Shown here: positions 10,620 through 22,853 of the stretch, in pieces
Layout: each line of letters starts with the position of its first letter
Numbering within the stretch: position 1 is the stretch's first letter
From: Penicillus capitatus
Taxonomy: Eukaryota; Plantae; Chlorophyta
Length of the DNA: 64,000 nt
NCBI GenBank assembly: GCA_965649825.1
Contig: OZ287696.1
Coordinates: forward strand, 725,101 to 789,100
Direction of reading: 5' to 3'
Made by a program: the position numbers and the translations under genes
Notes under the pieces: model-generated
Databases searched by the model: none
The model's input: only the letters and a program-made list of their open reading frames with translations
Told to the model about the DNA's origin: nothing

Positions 10620-11915
10620 TTTCGATGAAGAAAGGGCAAAGGACTCTGTCCAATTCTAAACTTCGCAATAAATTGTGTCAGCAACTGAGCCACGCGTTGT
10701 GGATCATCTTCATGAATGGCATGACCAGCCGTAGGCATCAAGGCTAGTTGGAATTTTCCCTGCATTTGACCGACAGTCAATATCTTGTCCAGTCGATCCG
10801 TCCCGGCCAGGCAGAGGAGCTTCGGAATGGATAAGCGGAGAAAAAGTTCACTCAATCCAAGGTACCATTCGGTCCAATACGGCTCAGAAGATAGGAGAGG
10901 TGTGCGCCAATGCCATTCCCCGTCAGCAGCTACAAGCATTGAGGGTATAGAAATGGCAGCGGACTCTTCCTGTTTGCACATCTTTGCGGCCAAAGCCCAA
11001 TCCACAGCAGATTCGAGTGACGAGAAGGATGTAGGGCGTTTTTTGATGACGCTTCTCATGTAAGGCAACGATGCTGTATCCGAAAATGAGAAGGCGAAGT
11101 GTGCGAGATGGGAGGTACCGATGGCCGTGCCTTCTACCACATCGATGACGACAATGCCTTCTAGACGCGCCATACGTCCCGTTGCTGCTGCTCGAACTGC
11201 CATCGCTGCTCCCATACTGTGCCCCACCATAACTAAAGGATGCTTCGAAACGCTGTCCTCTTTCTGAAGGCTGTCCCATACAGCAACGATATCTTCTGTC
11301 AGAGTCTGGGAAATACAGGAATCAGACACAGTGGCCTCGTACTCATTTAACAGGAGAGATGCCTGTGCGGACAGATCGCTTTCGTCTTGATGGGAGCTCT
11401 TTCCGTGTCCACGCATATCCATCGCCCACAGATGAAATCTAAGCCACCGAACTTGAATCATATTTTGCCTCTATTGGACAGCTTGTCTATCTTTCATAGA
11501 AACGTCACATAGATCAGAAACACCTTTCATGCATTCATGGATGGCACTGCCATCATCAGATCGACCTTTTGATTGTGCTCATCATTTTAGGACAAGTAAA
11601 AGATGCATTCCACGCTGAATATTTACCTTTCTTTAAGATGTCCAACCATAACAGACCACGTCAATGAAGAGTATCCGCCGCCATGTATCAAGAGCAGACT
11701 AGGTCCATCCTTGATTCCTGTTTCGTAAACACAGAAGGTGCCATCTCTACACACAATGTCATGTTTCGTAACCAGGAAATCATTTCTGTCCACCTCTCCG
11801 GCACCTCCACGTGACGGCATTGGTCCCAGTAGACTTGCCAGTCTGGCGGGATATTCTTCTCCGTTGTCGGACGTCGAAGTTCGCTACTATGATCTTCCTG
11901 CACGATAGGCAACAT
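10616..11915 (-). CDS. PPME1: Protein phosphatase methylesterase 1 (alpha/beta hydrolase)
   Basis: LLIHGGGYSSLTW, DMRGHGKS, VGHSMGAA nucleophile elbow, VVIDVVEGTA, GQMQGKFQL and GHAIHEDDP. Introns include a GC-AG at 11306-11362. Confidence 0.92.
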
Positions 11916-14412
11916 AGTTCCTCTTTAGTTTCTACGAAATGTACGACAATTTTGGCATTCGATGTTCAACGTGCTGTTCTTCTTACGACTGTGCCGTAAT
12001 TTAGGTACAATGGCCGAGACTGAACGACGCAAGGGCATCTCGGTTGCTGATGTCTGTCTACAGAGATGACGCAGGAGATCAAGTGCAAAAAACGTTGTCG
12101 GCCAGATTTTCTTCCAAGAAGTACCGCTTACATTTTAGAAAGATCATTGGCGATTCTAGATAAGATTCTCTTTCTTCTCTTATCTTTTCTCGGGTTACCG
12201 TTGATGGCCATCTTCTGGCAGTTCAGAAACACCCCACAGAATGTCTGTTGTCGACAAAAATGAAGGCTTCAGGATACATATGTACTCTTTTTAGCTGAAA
12301 CTTGGCTTTGCTGACTGAAAAGTGGCGGCGAGGGTCATTCTCGATTGTCAAAAGACAGGTCCATGTTTATAATATGTTGACATAATCCAGTCTTAACTCG
12401 GAGATGACTGACAAGTGACGGAGAACGCTGACTGCGTGTGATTCACTGACAAAGAGCGTAAGCAATGCGCCGTCCTCGATCACCGAGAAACTGCAATCTT
12501 TTCGGTAGCTGTTTTTGTTATCTAGAGTGTACAGATGACCGTTGGAATCAACTGTAATGTCCTGTTTCATGCGTTTTTAAGCCTTTGAAATCTAGTCTCT
12601 GCCAGCAAATGCGGTTCTGACTGCTGTTTTGATGAAATGGGTAGCGCACTGACAATCAGCACAAGAGCACTGAGGGAGCATGACATCATTTAAGTGCTTT
12701 TCCAGACTGTTTCTGCAGTTAGTCCCTTTTCCAGAGACTAAACCGGCCACGAAACCAGTTTCCATCGAAAAAGGAACGTCAAACAGAATCGACAAGCATA
12801 AAAGTCAAAAAAGTTGATTGATGACCAACACGTGCCATTCGAATTATCTAAAATAAGTAAGTGACTGCGTTATATTACTCTTCTCTCACTCATTGTGCGG
12901 CCTTCGCAGAGGCGTGACTGAACGAGCGTCAGTCTTCTGCTTCTCGCATTAAAAAGTCCGAATGATTTCACAAGCGCACAATGGAATAACAAATTGGACA
13001 TGTGAAGCAATTTATTTGTTGTTCACGGCATCCGTTAGTCGAGCGTTTGACTTTATTTCAAAGAAAAGAATCGAACAAGGTAAGGAATTCGACAGTGGCC
13101 CCTTCTCACGAACAGAGTGATATCTAAAATACCGAACGTCAACAGCCAGTTCGTTTGTTCAATTCCAGAGCAAACAGTCAGTCGATGTAACCTCAACGCG
13201 CAAGTCGCATGACAACGAGTTTACAGAACTGATGACGATCCCAGCCATAACTTTATTGTCTTTATTTACCCGGGACGAATCAAGGAAGATCAGTCTTGGA
13301 ATTGCTCCTTAGGTGGAAGAATAGTAACAGATCCGTAGTGGAAACACATCCGTCTCGATTTCGCAATTTCACTGGTCATTTAGTGTGATCGGGGTCACAC
13401 TTTTCGGGGGAGATATCACTGCCATCGTCCTCGACGTCATTGAAGAGCTACTGTCTAACCGTTTTCGAGTGGCCGGTGTCAATCGTCACTTACGGTTAAT
13501 TCTGGTGGATGAAGCAGAGGCAGCGATCTTGACACTGTCGCGTCCAACTGTTAGCACAGAGGTCCTTTCCTCTAACGAATAAGGGTAAGCAGAAAGTATG
13601 AGAATTAACGCTTTTTCGGATTCGATGTTTGCCTTGCAGCTCTCTCTCTCTCTAGGAGCTGCAAGAAAGCTGCCAGACTTCCGCACAGTCATCGTCATTC
13701 TATGGATGTAGCCAATCGCTGACAAGGTATCTGCCCACACGGGCGATTTTCAGCGATCCAATTGTTGAAGCTCTGCACCTTTGCAGCTCTGCCTGAACTA
13801 GCAATGCGAGAGATTGGAAGAACAAGAGTGGCTATGCAGATCTGATACCTGGTAGATCTCGTTGTCATTCCCGAAGGAAAACGCAACAACCAAAGATCCA
13901 TGTGCACATAAGAGCTTGTGGAACAGGTCGAAACTATTCCTTCGCCATTTTGGCTATCAACAACGTTCTGTTTGACGTGTCGAAAATCCATGGAACTCCG
14001 ATCACGTTCCCGGATGCACAGATAAGCAAACCAATTCGCTAAGGACCGTCCAAAATCCGTTGGATTGCACAGAGCTAGTGCAATTTTAGAAGTCGCCTCT
14101 CACAGTAGATCAGGTGAGTGCCCATCACATTTTGAATCTGGCGAAATCTGGCGAGGTAAATGGCACTGTCAGGTCAAATCTCCGCCTCGAAGACAATAGT
14201 CTTTGAGCAAGCAATGCTCGAGCAGACACGCCGTGGTTTTTATTCAAAGAACAGCGCGAGAATGAAGAGGTGGCGATTGGGTATTGGACTCATAAACGGC
14301 AAGTGAAGGGACCATCCGAGCATACGAGCGTCAGGTTGCGTTTTATACATCGACGATGTGACGCTTGTCTTCTTACACCCAAACCCACGTTTTCGACTCC
14401 GCAACTGTCGCC

Positions 14413-15018
14413 ATGCATTCTCTCCTCGTTTTTCTCCTTCTGTCTGCGACAGTCTCGCTGGTTACTGCGAGAGAGATTTCATTCCTACCGTGCGGAGACG
14501 GCGCACCCCTTGCGCTGACGCGTGTCGACTTTTTCCCTTACCCATTGAAACCCGGAGACATCGGATCCGTCACCGTGACAGGCGTCCTCAGTTATCCTTC
14601 ATTCTCCTAGTGTGTTTTGAGGATGTCACACTTGTGTGTCCAAAGACAAGACGGTCCAAGGAGGAGCATATTCCTTCGAATTCGCACCCAGTCCGAGTTA
14701 TGCTACGCTTCCGGAAGAAGCACGAAGTGGCCATCTCTGTAACCTCATTCCCTGTCCTTCGGCACCCGGGCCCATTCTGTTCATGCTCCAAGCCAAAGTG
14801 CCTTCCGACATAGAAGCAGTACGGGATTCCCCTCAATCCCTGTTCTGATTAGCTTCATGAAGGACTCGTACGTTGTCAGAGCCACAGCGATCGATGAAAA
14901 AGAGGAGCCGCTGCTGTGTCTGGCGTTGTCCATTGAAGTAGAGGAAAAGAAGCATGAGAAGGGCGAGACCATGTCCAGCGAGTGGACTCAACCGGAGTTG
15001 CTGCGTTACCAGGTTTAG
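14413..15018 (+). CDS. ML-domain (MD-2/NPC2-like) lipid-recognition protein A, secreted
   Basis: Signal peptide, FLPCG, DFFPYPLKPG, GHLCNLIPCP and LLCL; two short introns. Confidence 0.8.
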
Positions 15019-16220
15019 CAAGAACCTCAAAAACGAAAGTCCGCCCATCTCCACGCAAAAGTGTTTCGAACTGCGCATTTTTATTGTTCCTGTCGAACCG
15101 TGTACATGCAAATTTTGAAGGGAGGTTTTGCGAAAATGATTTGTCAGCGATAGACATGCTGGTTGTGAAACATCGCGTCTCTGTATACCATCGTCGACTG
15201 CCGATGACTTTGTGCCCGAGAATGAAGTTGTATGGGGACAGATGCAGTTGATCTGTCACGTTCTTAGATTTATTGGCTTCCAAGAGTACAAGAAGCACAA
15301 CACGATGGGACTTGGTGTATCAATCTTGATGGCACTGATCGGTGTGAGAAGCACCATTCTGAAGAGGAGAGCGAGACGTACATATTGGCATAGATGGCGG
15401 CGATCTTCTGTTTGAATGTGCCACAGAAAGAAGCACTTGTTTTGGACACTCCGTGAGATCAGCCAACCCGCTGCTTCGAGGCATACATTGTATGTACCGG
15501 TTCCGCGAGCATAATACTCTGCGTGAAGGTGCGCAGTAGAAAGCGATTTCTCCTGTATGAAATGTTTGTTGGATAGATAAATGCAAAGCATGGCACAGGA
15601 GAAAATGTACAAACAAGCTAAGAAATGCTCTTCGGCAACATCAGGTTTGTATCACCATCGCACAGATCTACATGAGCCATGACGCCTTGACGGTTCCCGT
15701 CCCATATACTGGACAGCCGCCGCCACTGCTCTCATCCTTTCTGCATCTACGAACGTTTCAATATTCGCCCAGTGGACGGAGCCATGCCTTGCAGCTCAAT
15801 TTCTACGATCATCCAGACGCATCCCTTTCTGACTTTCCAACAAACATTGCCATCCACCTCCGTAATCACAGACACCATATCTCAGCAACAGCCGAGCTGA
15901 TGGTGTTTTTCCTTTGCAGATCTCAGCCGAATTCCATGTCTACCGAGTGCTACACAATCTGTGATGGTGGTGATGGATAGGGAATGATGGTTTAACGAGC
16001 CTGCGAATGCTATTAGTGAAGAAGCAAACAGCGATGCAAGGTATTCGCTTGACGTAACCAAAGGCAAGGATCGAAAACTTCGCGATGCTATCGTCGATTT
16101 GCCAAAGTGAAGCGCAACCGATCCGTGACAGCGAATTGGTATACTTGCGAACGCCCTGATGTGACGTTGGATGGCGGCGCCAAAGAAAAGAGTCCATCTG
16201 CGATTTGTGCGTCATTCGCC

Positions 16221-16831
16221 ATGAAGCCTTTTCTCTTTCTTACGTTTTTCCTGGCGACCACCTTTGTGGTCAGCGGAACGCACATCGATTTCAAATTTTG
16301 CGGAGAGGAAATCCTCCGCCCAGAATACATCGACGTCAGTCCTTACCCAGTGCAGTCCGGCGAAGAAGTGAAAATTGAAGTGCCGTTCGTTAGCGGTCGT
16401 TTTTCTTTTCCGAAGCTTTGCGCGTGACGCGCACCCTTTTGTGTCTAAAGATGTCGCTGTCAGCGGAGGAACGGTCCATTACGACGTAGATGCAGAGATT
16501 ATTTTTTGGATACCCCTGACGTCCGGCACCGTTGACCTGTGCGAGTATGTGACGTGCCCCTTTGGGCCGGGAGAAACCACATACAAAACAACGTTAGAAG
16601 TTCCTTCCTTAGCCCCGGTATGATTTCGTCATTGTCACATCTCATTTGATGGGAAGTTTAAAGGGCACGACGTACAGAGGCAAAGTCACGATAACAGATT
16701 CGGCAGGTGAAGAGTTGGCCTGCGTAGAAGGCAACTTTAATGTCGAAAACTCGCAAGACAAAGAGAAGAAGGCATGGAGCGCTCTTCGCACAGCACTTGC
16801 AGGAAGAAATGCACATGCCATTGGAGCTTAG
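16221..16831 (+). CDS. ML-domain (MD-2/NPC2-like) lipid-recognition protein B, secreted
   Basis: Signal peptide, FKFCG, DVSPYPVQSG, DLCEYVTCPFGPG and GEELACV; two short introns at positions analogous to gene A. Confidence 0.85.
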
Positions 16832-17326
16832 CCTTACAGCAAGGCATGCACACGCACAGACCCATTCTTAAATCAGTCTCATCAGTCTCACCTTGTTCAG
16901 TTGTTTGTTGAAACAGAGCTTACGTTGTAAGCAATTTTCCCGGGGGATAAATACGGTGGTGGAGGTGGTTGTTGGCTCTGTCAGCCGATTCGAAAACGTC
17001 ACATCATCGCGATATCTTTCCATGCTCGATGGCGAAAGTGTTTCTTACAGATGGATGGAATTGAAGCGCGCTCATGGTTCGAGCTTCAAAAACGCTCTGT
17101 CTTTCGCTCTGTCGCGTCGCCATTGCTGCAAAGGATTCCGGCATTTCATTTGAAATATGTGGCCATCCTCTGTTTTCTCCGAGTAGCGTGACGGCTCAGT
17201 ACGAGCGACACAAGAAGAGAAGTCAACTGTCCATTCAAATTTTCACACCGCGCCGTTCGTTTCTCAGCTACATCTGGTTGCGTCTTCTAGCGCACACTGG
17301 TGTTTTGAAGAGATAAAAGCCAAAAG

Positions 17327-18153
17327 ATGGACGCTGTACTTAAAGATTTCGACGCGGACGCGATAGCAGTTATCGATCGGTGTAGGCGCTCTCATAACCG
17401 TCCTTCAAAAGTCTTATCATCTGAACACCACGTGGTAACCGAGACTCCTTCGAATGAATGAGCGCATTGCGCCATTGGAAGAAGGAGTAAAAAAGTGGAT
17501 GGATTTGTCTTCGTCAATGCAGAAACAATGGTCCGGGATCGCGATGGGCAACTCTCTATGCGCCTGCGTTGACAAAGGCCATAGCATCAGATCCATTACT
17601 GAAATCGAGGAAATTCGTTATTGTGAATGGAGACGATCAGCTTCCGAGAGGCGGAGAACGTGGAATCTTCCCTCGCTGGGGCGTCTGGACAGACTATAAC
17701 AGCAGATTTCAGTTCGATTCTTGGAATTTCATGGTCATGACAAGAAATGCCAAAGTCAGCAACATCGCAACTAGAATGAGTGGTAACGTGTACGAGCATT
17801 CAGGAAAAGAGAGAAAGGACTCCCAGATCTGTTTGCTGCCTATCGGAATAGTTGATTCCCGGAAAGTTTGGCAGCTGGGCACCGTCTCGCTTTCGCTTCC
17901 GACAGCCCTGTCGATCTCATCAAGCCTCTGAAGCCAGCAGTGGAGGCAGATGTTCCGCATGTGCACATCTTCGGTTGGACATCTAATTCCTGACAAGGAC
18001 AGCGACGGAGAGACGCCTATCTATCCGAAATTCAGGTCCAAGGCTCATATGCAATGGAGGGAAAGACATCGAGGGTGGTTGTCTCGTCAGATCTGCCCGA
18101 TACAGACAAAGCAATCGTGGTACCCACCACCTTTAGTGTTTCACAATGTCTGA
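17327..18153 (+). CDS. Hypothetical Trp-rich protein (spliced; structure uncertain)
   Basis: ORFs 17569-17931 and 17950-18153 are in the same frame, separated by one TGA that a GT-AG intron (17884-17937 or -17940) would remove. Ends about 70 bp from the MTR4 stop. Confidence 0.35.
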
Positions 18154-18224
18154 AAACAACGTTAATCATAATATCGTTACAGACAAATCTACTGCCGCTT
18201 AAGCGACACCAGGCATGTGAGATG

Positions 18225-21200
18225 CTATAGATAAAGAGAGGCGGCAAAGATGACATCTCGTTTAACCAGGTCTTGAGCGGCATGTATCTTATCTTGAAGC
18301 TCTTGCTGTCCGGTCAGCACGACAGCGTCTTCGAGTTCCATCAAGACACGGTGCAGTTGACGGATCATTCTCACGGCCGAACCCTAAACATCTCCATTAT
18401 GTGAAGCAAATACATGATATTACGTCATAGCTTCGACCTCGTAGATGTCTGCCAATTTTATTAGTTCTCCAAAGGACGCGCCCTTGCTCCATGCGTACAC
18501 TGCCTCCATGAAATAGGGCCGGAAGCGTTGTGTGTACTCCTGGACATGCTTCACCACCTTGCACTCCGTTGCAGCTTTCCCAATGTCCATAGCTGTCTTT
18601 TCCAACGTCTGAAAGATGCTGGTCAACTCTGTACCGACCTAATCAATACATGACAGATTGGTGATGCGATGGAGAATGTTGACTTGTGTCTTTGGCGTAT
18701 TGGAGTCTGGTTGGATGACGCAGGAGACCAATGCGGCAATGAGTTCAGGAGACATTGCCGCCAGCTGTCCACTAAAGACCATTTCGGTTAGAATCAGTTC
18801 ATCCACTGTCTTGAAGCGCAGGGCAATACGCCCTTTCTGCAGCAACAGTCCGGTGTCGTCAATGTACTGCAGCTGAATGAGCAGTCGCAATGCATGGCGC
18901 AGTTCCTGTTTCAAGATCATGTCCTCTGCTGACTCCAGTTCACTCTCCAAGCTCTTCCTCTCATTCACGAGTCTCTAAAGACGGGACACGGTGAGGCGGA
19001 GATACAGGAAGGGCGAATTCGACGAGCTTCTCTGAGTGCTTGTCGAGACGAAGCTCGATGTCTGGAATCTCTCTGACGTCCCGATGAGCCAATGCCTCCT
19101 CCAAGCTCTTCGTTTTCTTCAGTACCTTCTTTAGTTTTCCACTATTGATCTACGGGGAACGATCCGCGAATGCACAATGGTATGGCAAGCAGATGGTACC
19201 TTCATGTCTTTGACGGGATCCAACAGCGGGATCTTGCCATGCTCTGCCGTGAGGCGACGGATGACTTCCTTTAGACGGTTATAAGCACTGAGGCGCCCGG
19301 ATGCAGATTTTAGGTTTGCAGGAAGATGCACGCGAACAGTACTGAAACTGTAAATCTGATCCAAAGAAAAGCCAACCACATGTGGCACCCCAGTCACGTC
19401 ACTCACTGGCAGCCACTCGTATCCATCGTCTTTCTTGCTTGAGTTGATCAAGACGTCCACAACGAAAGCAGAATCCGCCTCTTCGTCTCCTGACGTGTCA
19501 GCCTTCTTAAAATTGACTAACAGCCCCCAGCATCCTTCAGGTCCCTCTAGGATGCTCTTGGTGTTCCATTCCGTCTTTTTATTTGGTTTAGAGATCGACA
19601 GCAATCTTCCTGGATTCAGAAATGGCAGGCAGTGCTTTGCTTGTGTGATTTTTTGCCGAACGGTCGTCCAAAGCTCTTCTTTCTGTTCATAATCCTCAAT
19701 ATACTGAGCGATTCTTTGATCTGTTGCATCCGTTTGCAATGCCTCCGCCTCTCTTCGACACGTTTCGAGCCGTTCCCTGATCTGTGGCGCGGCAGCCTGG
19801 CAGAGAAACTGTTTGAAACTCTTGCGAATGATGATCTCTGGATCTCCACCCTCCATCTTCAGATTGTCGAGGATCAGTCGATAGCTGATGCGGAATTCAC
19901 TCAGGAGTGGCAAAGGCGTGCCACGAATGATGTCTCGAGTGGTGACGGCATCCATTCCTTTGTCCGCGATCATGATCACGATTCCTCTCTCGTCGATCCC
20001 TCTCCGACCAGCTCTTCCGCTCATTTGTATGTACTCTCCGGCATAGAGCCAACGAAAATGGCCGTCGTCATACTTCTTGGCTCCGGCAAAAACCACGGTC
20101 TTAGCTGGCATGTTCAGCCCCGTCGAAAATGTCTCCGTAGCAAATAAGATCTTGATAAATCCTTCTTGAAAGAGCAGCTCCACGATTTCCTTCACAATAG
20201 GCAGCAGCCCTGAGTGGTGCACGCCGATCCCTCTCTTAAGCATTGGCAGAATGTGTTGGACTTGAGGAAGACGGCGGTCTTGATCGGTCAATCCATCCAT
20301 TGCATTCTTCACGATCTGATCCACCAGCTGCTTCTCTTCGTCGTCGTTGACGTCCATGACAGCCAATTGCAGTGCCAAGAGTTCACAGGTGCGCTTGCTG
20401 AAGGCGAACACAATCACAGGATCGTAACCCCGTTGAAGCACCATCTTCATCAGCTTAAAGATATCCGATGTCTCATCGAAACTAAACTTGCTGTTCTTCG
20501 TTTTCTTCAGCTGCGAAGCGATGGAGTCTCCTGTGATATCGGCACACGCCTGCTGAAAATTCTCTTCGTAGAATCGACACTTTTCGTCGATCGTCATGTA
20601 CATCCCATCAGCTCCTGCCGGAAAGATATAGTGCTGCAACGGCACTGGACGATGTTCCGTATACACGACGTGACATTTCGATCCGTGGACCGTCGCAAAC
20701 CAGGAGGCGAATTCAAAGCCATTTGGCACGGTGGCGGACAGGAAGACAGCTTGTGTCTGGGAGGGCATCATGATGAGGCACTCTTCCCAGACGACGCCTC
20801 TCTCTTTGTCTCTCAGATAGTGCACTTCGTCAAACACAACAGACTTGATTTCGTGAATGATGCTTCTGTTTTCGTAGAGCATGGAACGGAACACCTCAGT
20901 CGTCACCACCAGACACGACGCATCTTCTCGGATGGTCACATCGCCAGTCAGCAACCCCACATCTTGGAAGTCATCGTACAACTCGCGATACTTCTGGTTG
21001 CTTAGTGCTTTTAGAGGAGACGTGTAGATCATCCGTGTCTTGTCCCTGTCACACCATCTCGGTCTGGATGAAGAGCAGGGAATGAATGTATCACCTCAGT
21101 GCCATGGCACAGGCGTATTGAGCCACAACAGTCTTGCCTGCTGACGTATGCGCCGAGACCAGAACAGAATCCCCTGATCACGTCACGTGTGGCAAGCACT

Positions 21201-21513
21201 CTGATGGCGGTCTGAGCTGCATACCGTGTTCGAGACATGCGATCGAGGTTCGCTGGAAGGGATCAAGTTCAAACGGGTAGTCTTTGGCTAGTGGACCGTC
21301 GTAGATCGGCACAGGAATGTCTTGTGCTGCTTCTTGGTCTTTCGGCCATGCAACGCGATGCAAACAGGACTTGTCGCCGACTTCGATATAGGTTCCACCG
21401 TGACCGTGATGCCATTCGGCGCCGGTACGGGAAATCTTGTGCGTTGCATTGGATGTCTCGGCATGTGCGGCAGTATCGTCAAGTTTGCGTTTGACTCCAA
21501 GCTCGTGTGACAT
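18225..21513 (-). CDS. MTR4: DExH-box RNA helicase MTR4 (nuclear exosome cofactor)
   Basis: YPFELDPFQ, SAHTSAGKT, YTSPLKALSNQKYREL, VFDEVHYLRDKERGVVWEE, FLSATVPN, GIGVHHSGLLP, QMSGRAGRRG, KOW/arch region and C-terminal RDVIFAASLYL*. Spliced frame appears intact. Confidence 0.95.
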
Positions 21514-22724
21514 GTCGACCGCGTCGGGTGGAGGTAAGACTGCAGCGAAGACTGCGTACGACAAGATATCTACGGTCGGCGATGATTCTGTTCGTGGCAA
21601 AACCATCATCGTCACAGGACCTACCAGCTGTGGGATGTCATACTTTGGAGACACCTTTAGCAAAACTTGTTCTCAGCGAGATTGGCACGAGAACTGCCTG
21701 GGAATTGGCGAGGCGTGGGGCACATGTCATTCTCGCCTGTCGTAATGTGGAAAAGGGAATGAAACTGAAACACTCTTTCGAAGAGCGAGCACGTCGCGAA
21801 GGGCTTTCAACGTTGTCCCTCGAAATCATGCAGCTCGACGTGTCTCAGCTGAATCCATCAGAGACTTTGTGTCGAAATGGCGATCCTCCGAGAGACCGTT
21901 GCACGTTCTGATCAATAACGCCGGGATCTTTGACATCGGCGGTATGATCGCTCCACAGCGTCGCGCGATGATCGTTTCTTGATGGTGCTGTAGGTCGCCG
22001 AAAGACCGTCGACGCAGGGGTCGAGCAGCACATGATGACCAATTACCTTGGTCCATTTCTGCTGACGCTGGGTCTATTGCCGTCCCTTAGAAGGGAGGCA
22101 AGAAAGGGAGAAGATTGCAGGATCGTCAACGTGGTGTCGATTCTGCACGAAATCGGCATTCTTGATATGAACGATCCCCTCATGGAGCAAACAGGAGCTT
22201 ACAGCTCGGATCAAGCTTACGGACAGAGCAAGTTGGCAATGGTTGCTTCTCCATTGGAAGGATTTCGCCTCACGTCTCCCTCTTCGCCGTGTCCTGCAGA
22301 TTCTGTTTGGAGCTGAACTGCAGAGGAGACTACCGATGGAGGACGGCATCAGCATCTACTCTCTGCATCCAGGAGAAGTCGTGACCGATGTGGTCAGAAG
22401 CCTTCCATCTGTCATGCAGTGGCTGTACAAAAACGTAACAGCCTACGCTCTCTTGACGCCCGAAGAAGGTAGAACGCATCGCAGCCGACGGGACGTGATT
22501 CTGACGATCGTTGCACAGGTTCCCGATGCACCGTCTACTACGCGACGGCCAAAAGTGCCATTGCCGAATCCCAACGGTATCTTGGATACTTTGGATCCAA
22601 CGCGAGGCCGGAGAGATCGAACAAAGATGCCTATTCGTCAGAGACAGCGAAGGAGTTGTGGAAATGGTCGGCAGACACCGTGGGGTTGTCATCCGAATGG
22701 GATCTGCCGCTGACATCTTGCTGA
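21512..22724 (+). pseudogene. Short-chain dehydrogenase/reductase (FEY/retinol-dehydrogenase-like) with three apparent lesions
   Basis: IIVTGPTS..IG, LHVLINNAG, HMMTNYLGPFLLT, YGQSKLA, LHPGEVVT. Intron 1 donor reads CT instead of GT (21628), the motif Gly reads GAG (21678-21680), and there is a 1-nt deletion near 21851. Confidence 0.75.
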
Positions 22725-22853
22725 TCACGAAGGAGCTCGTTGTAGGATGAACTGTGGCTACCTGGCCACGATCATTCGTTCGATCGCGAGAACTTCTCTC
22801 TCCTGATAACATCAGTCCACATGATTATCATTTAAGGTTCAATGTGCCAGTGT

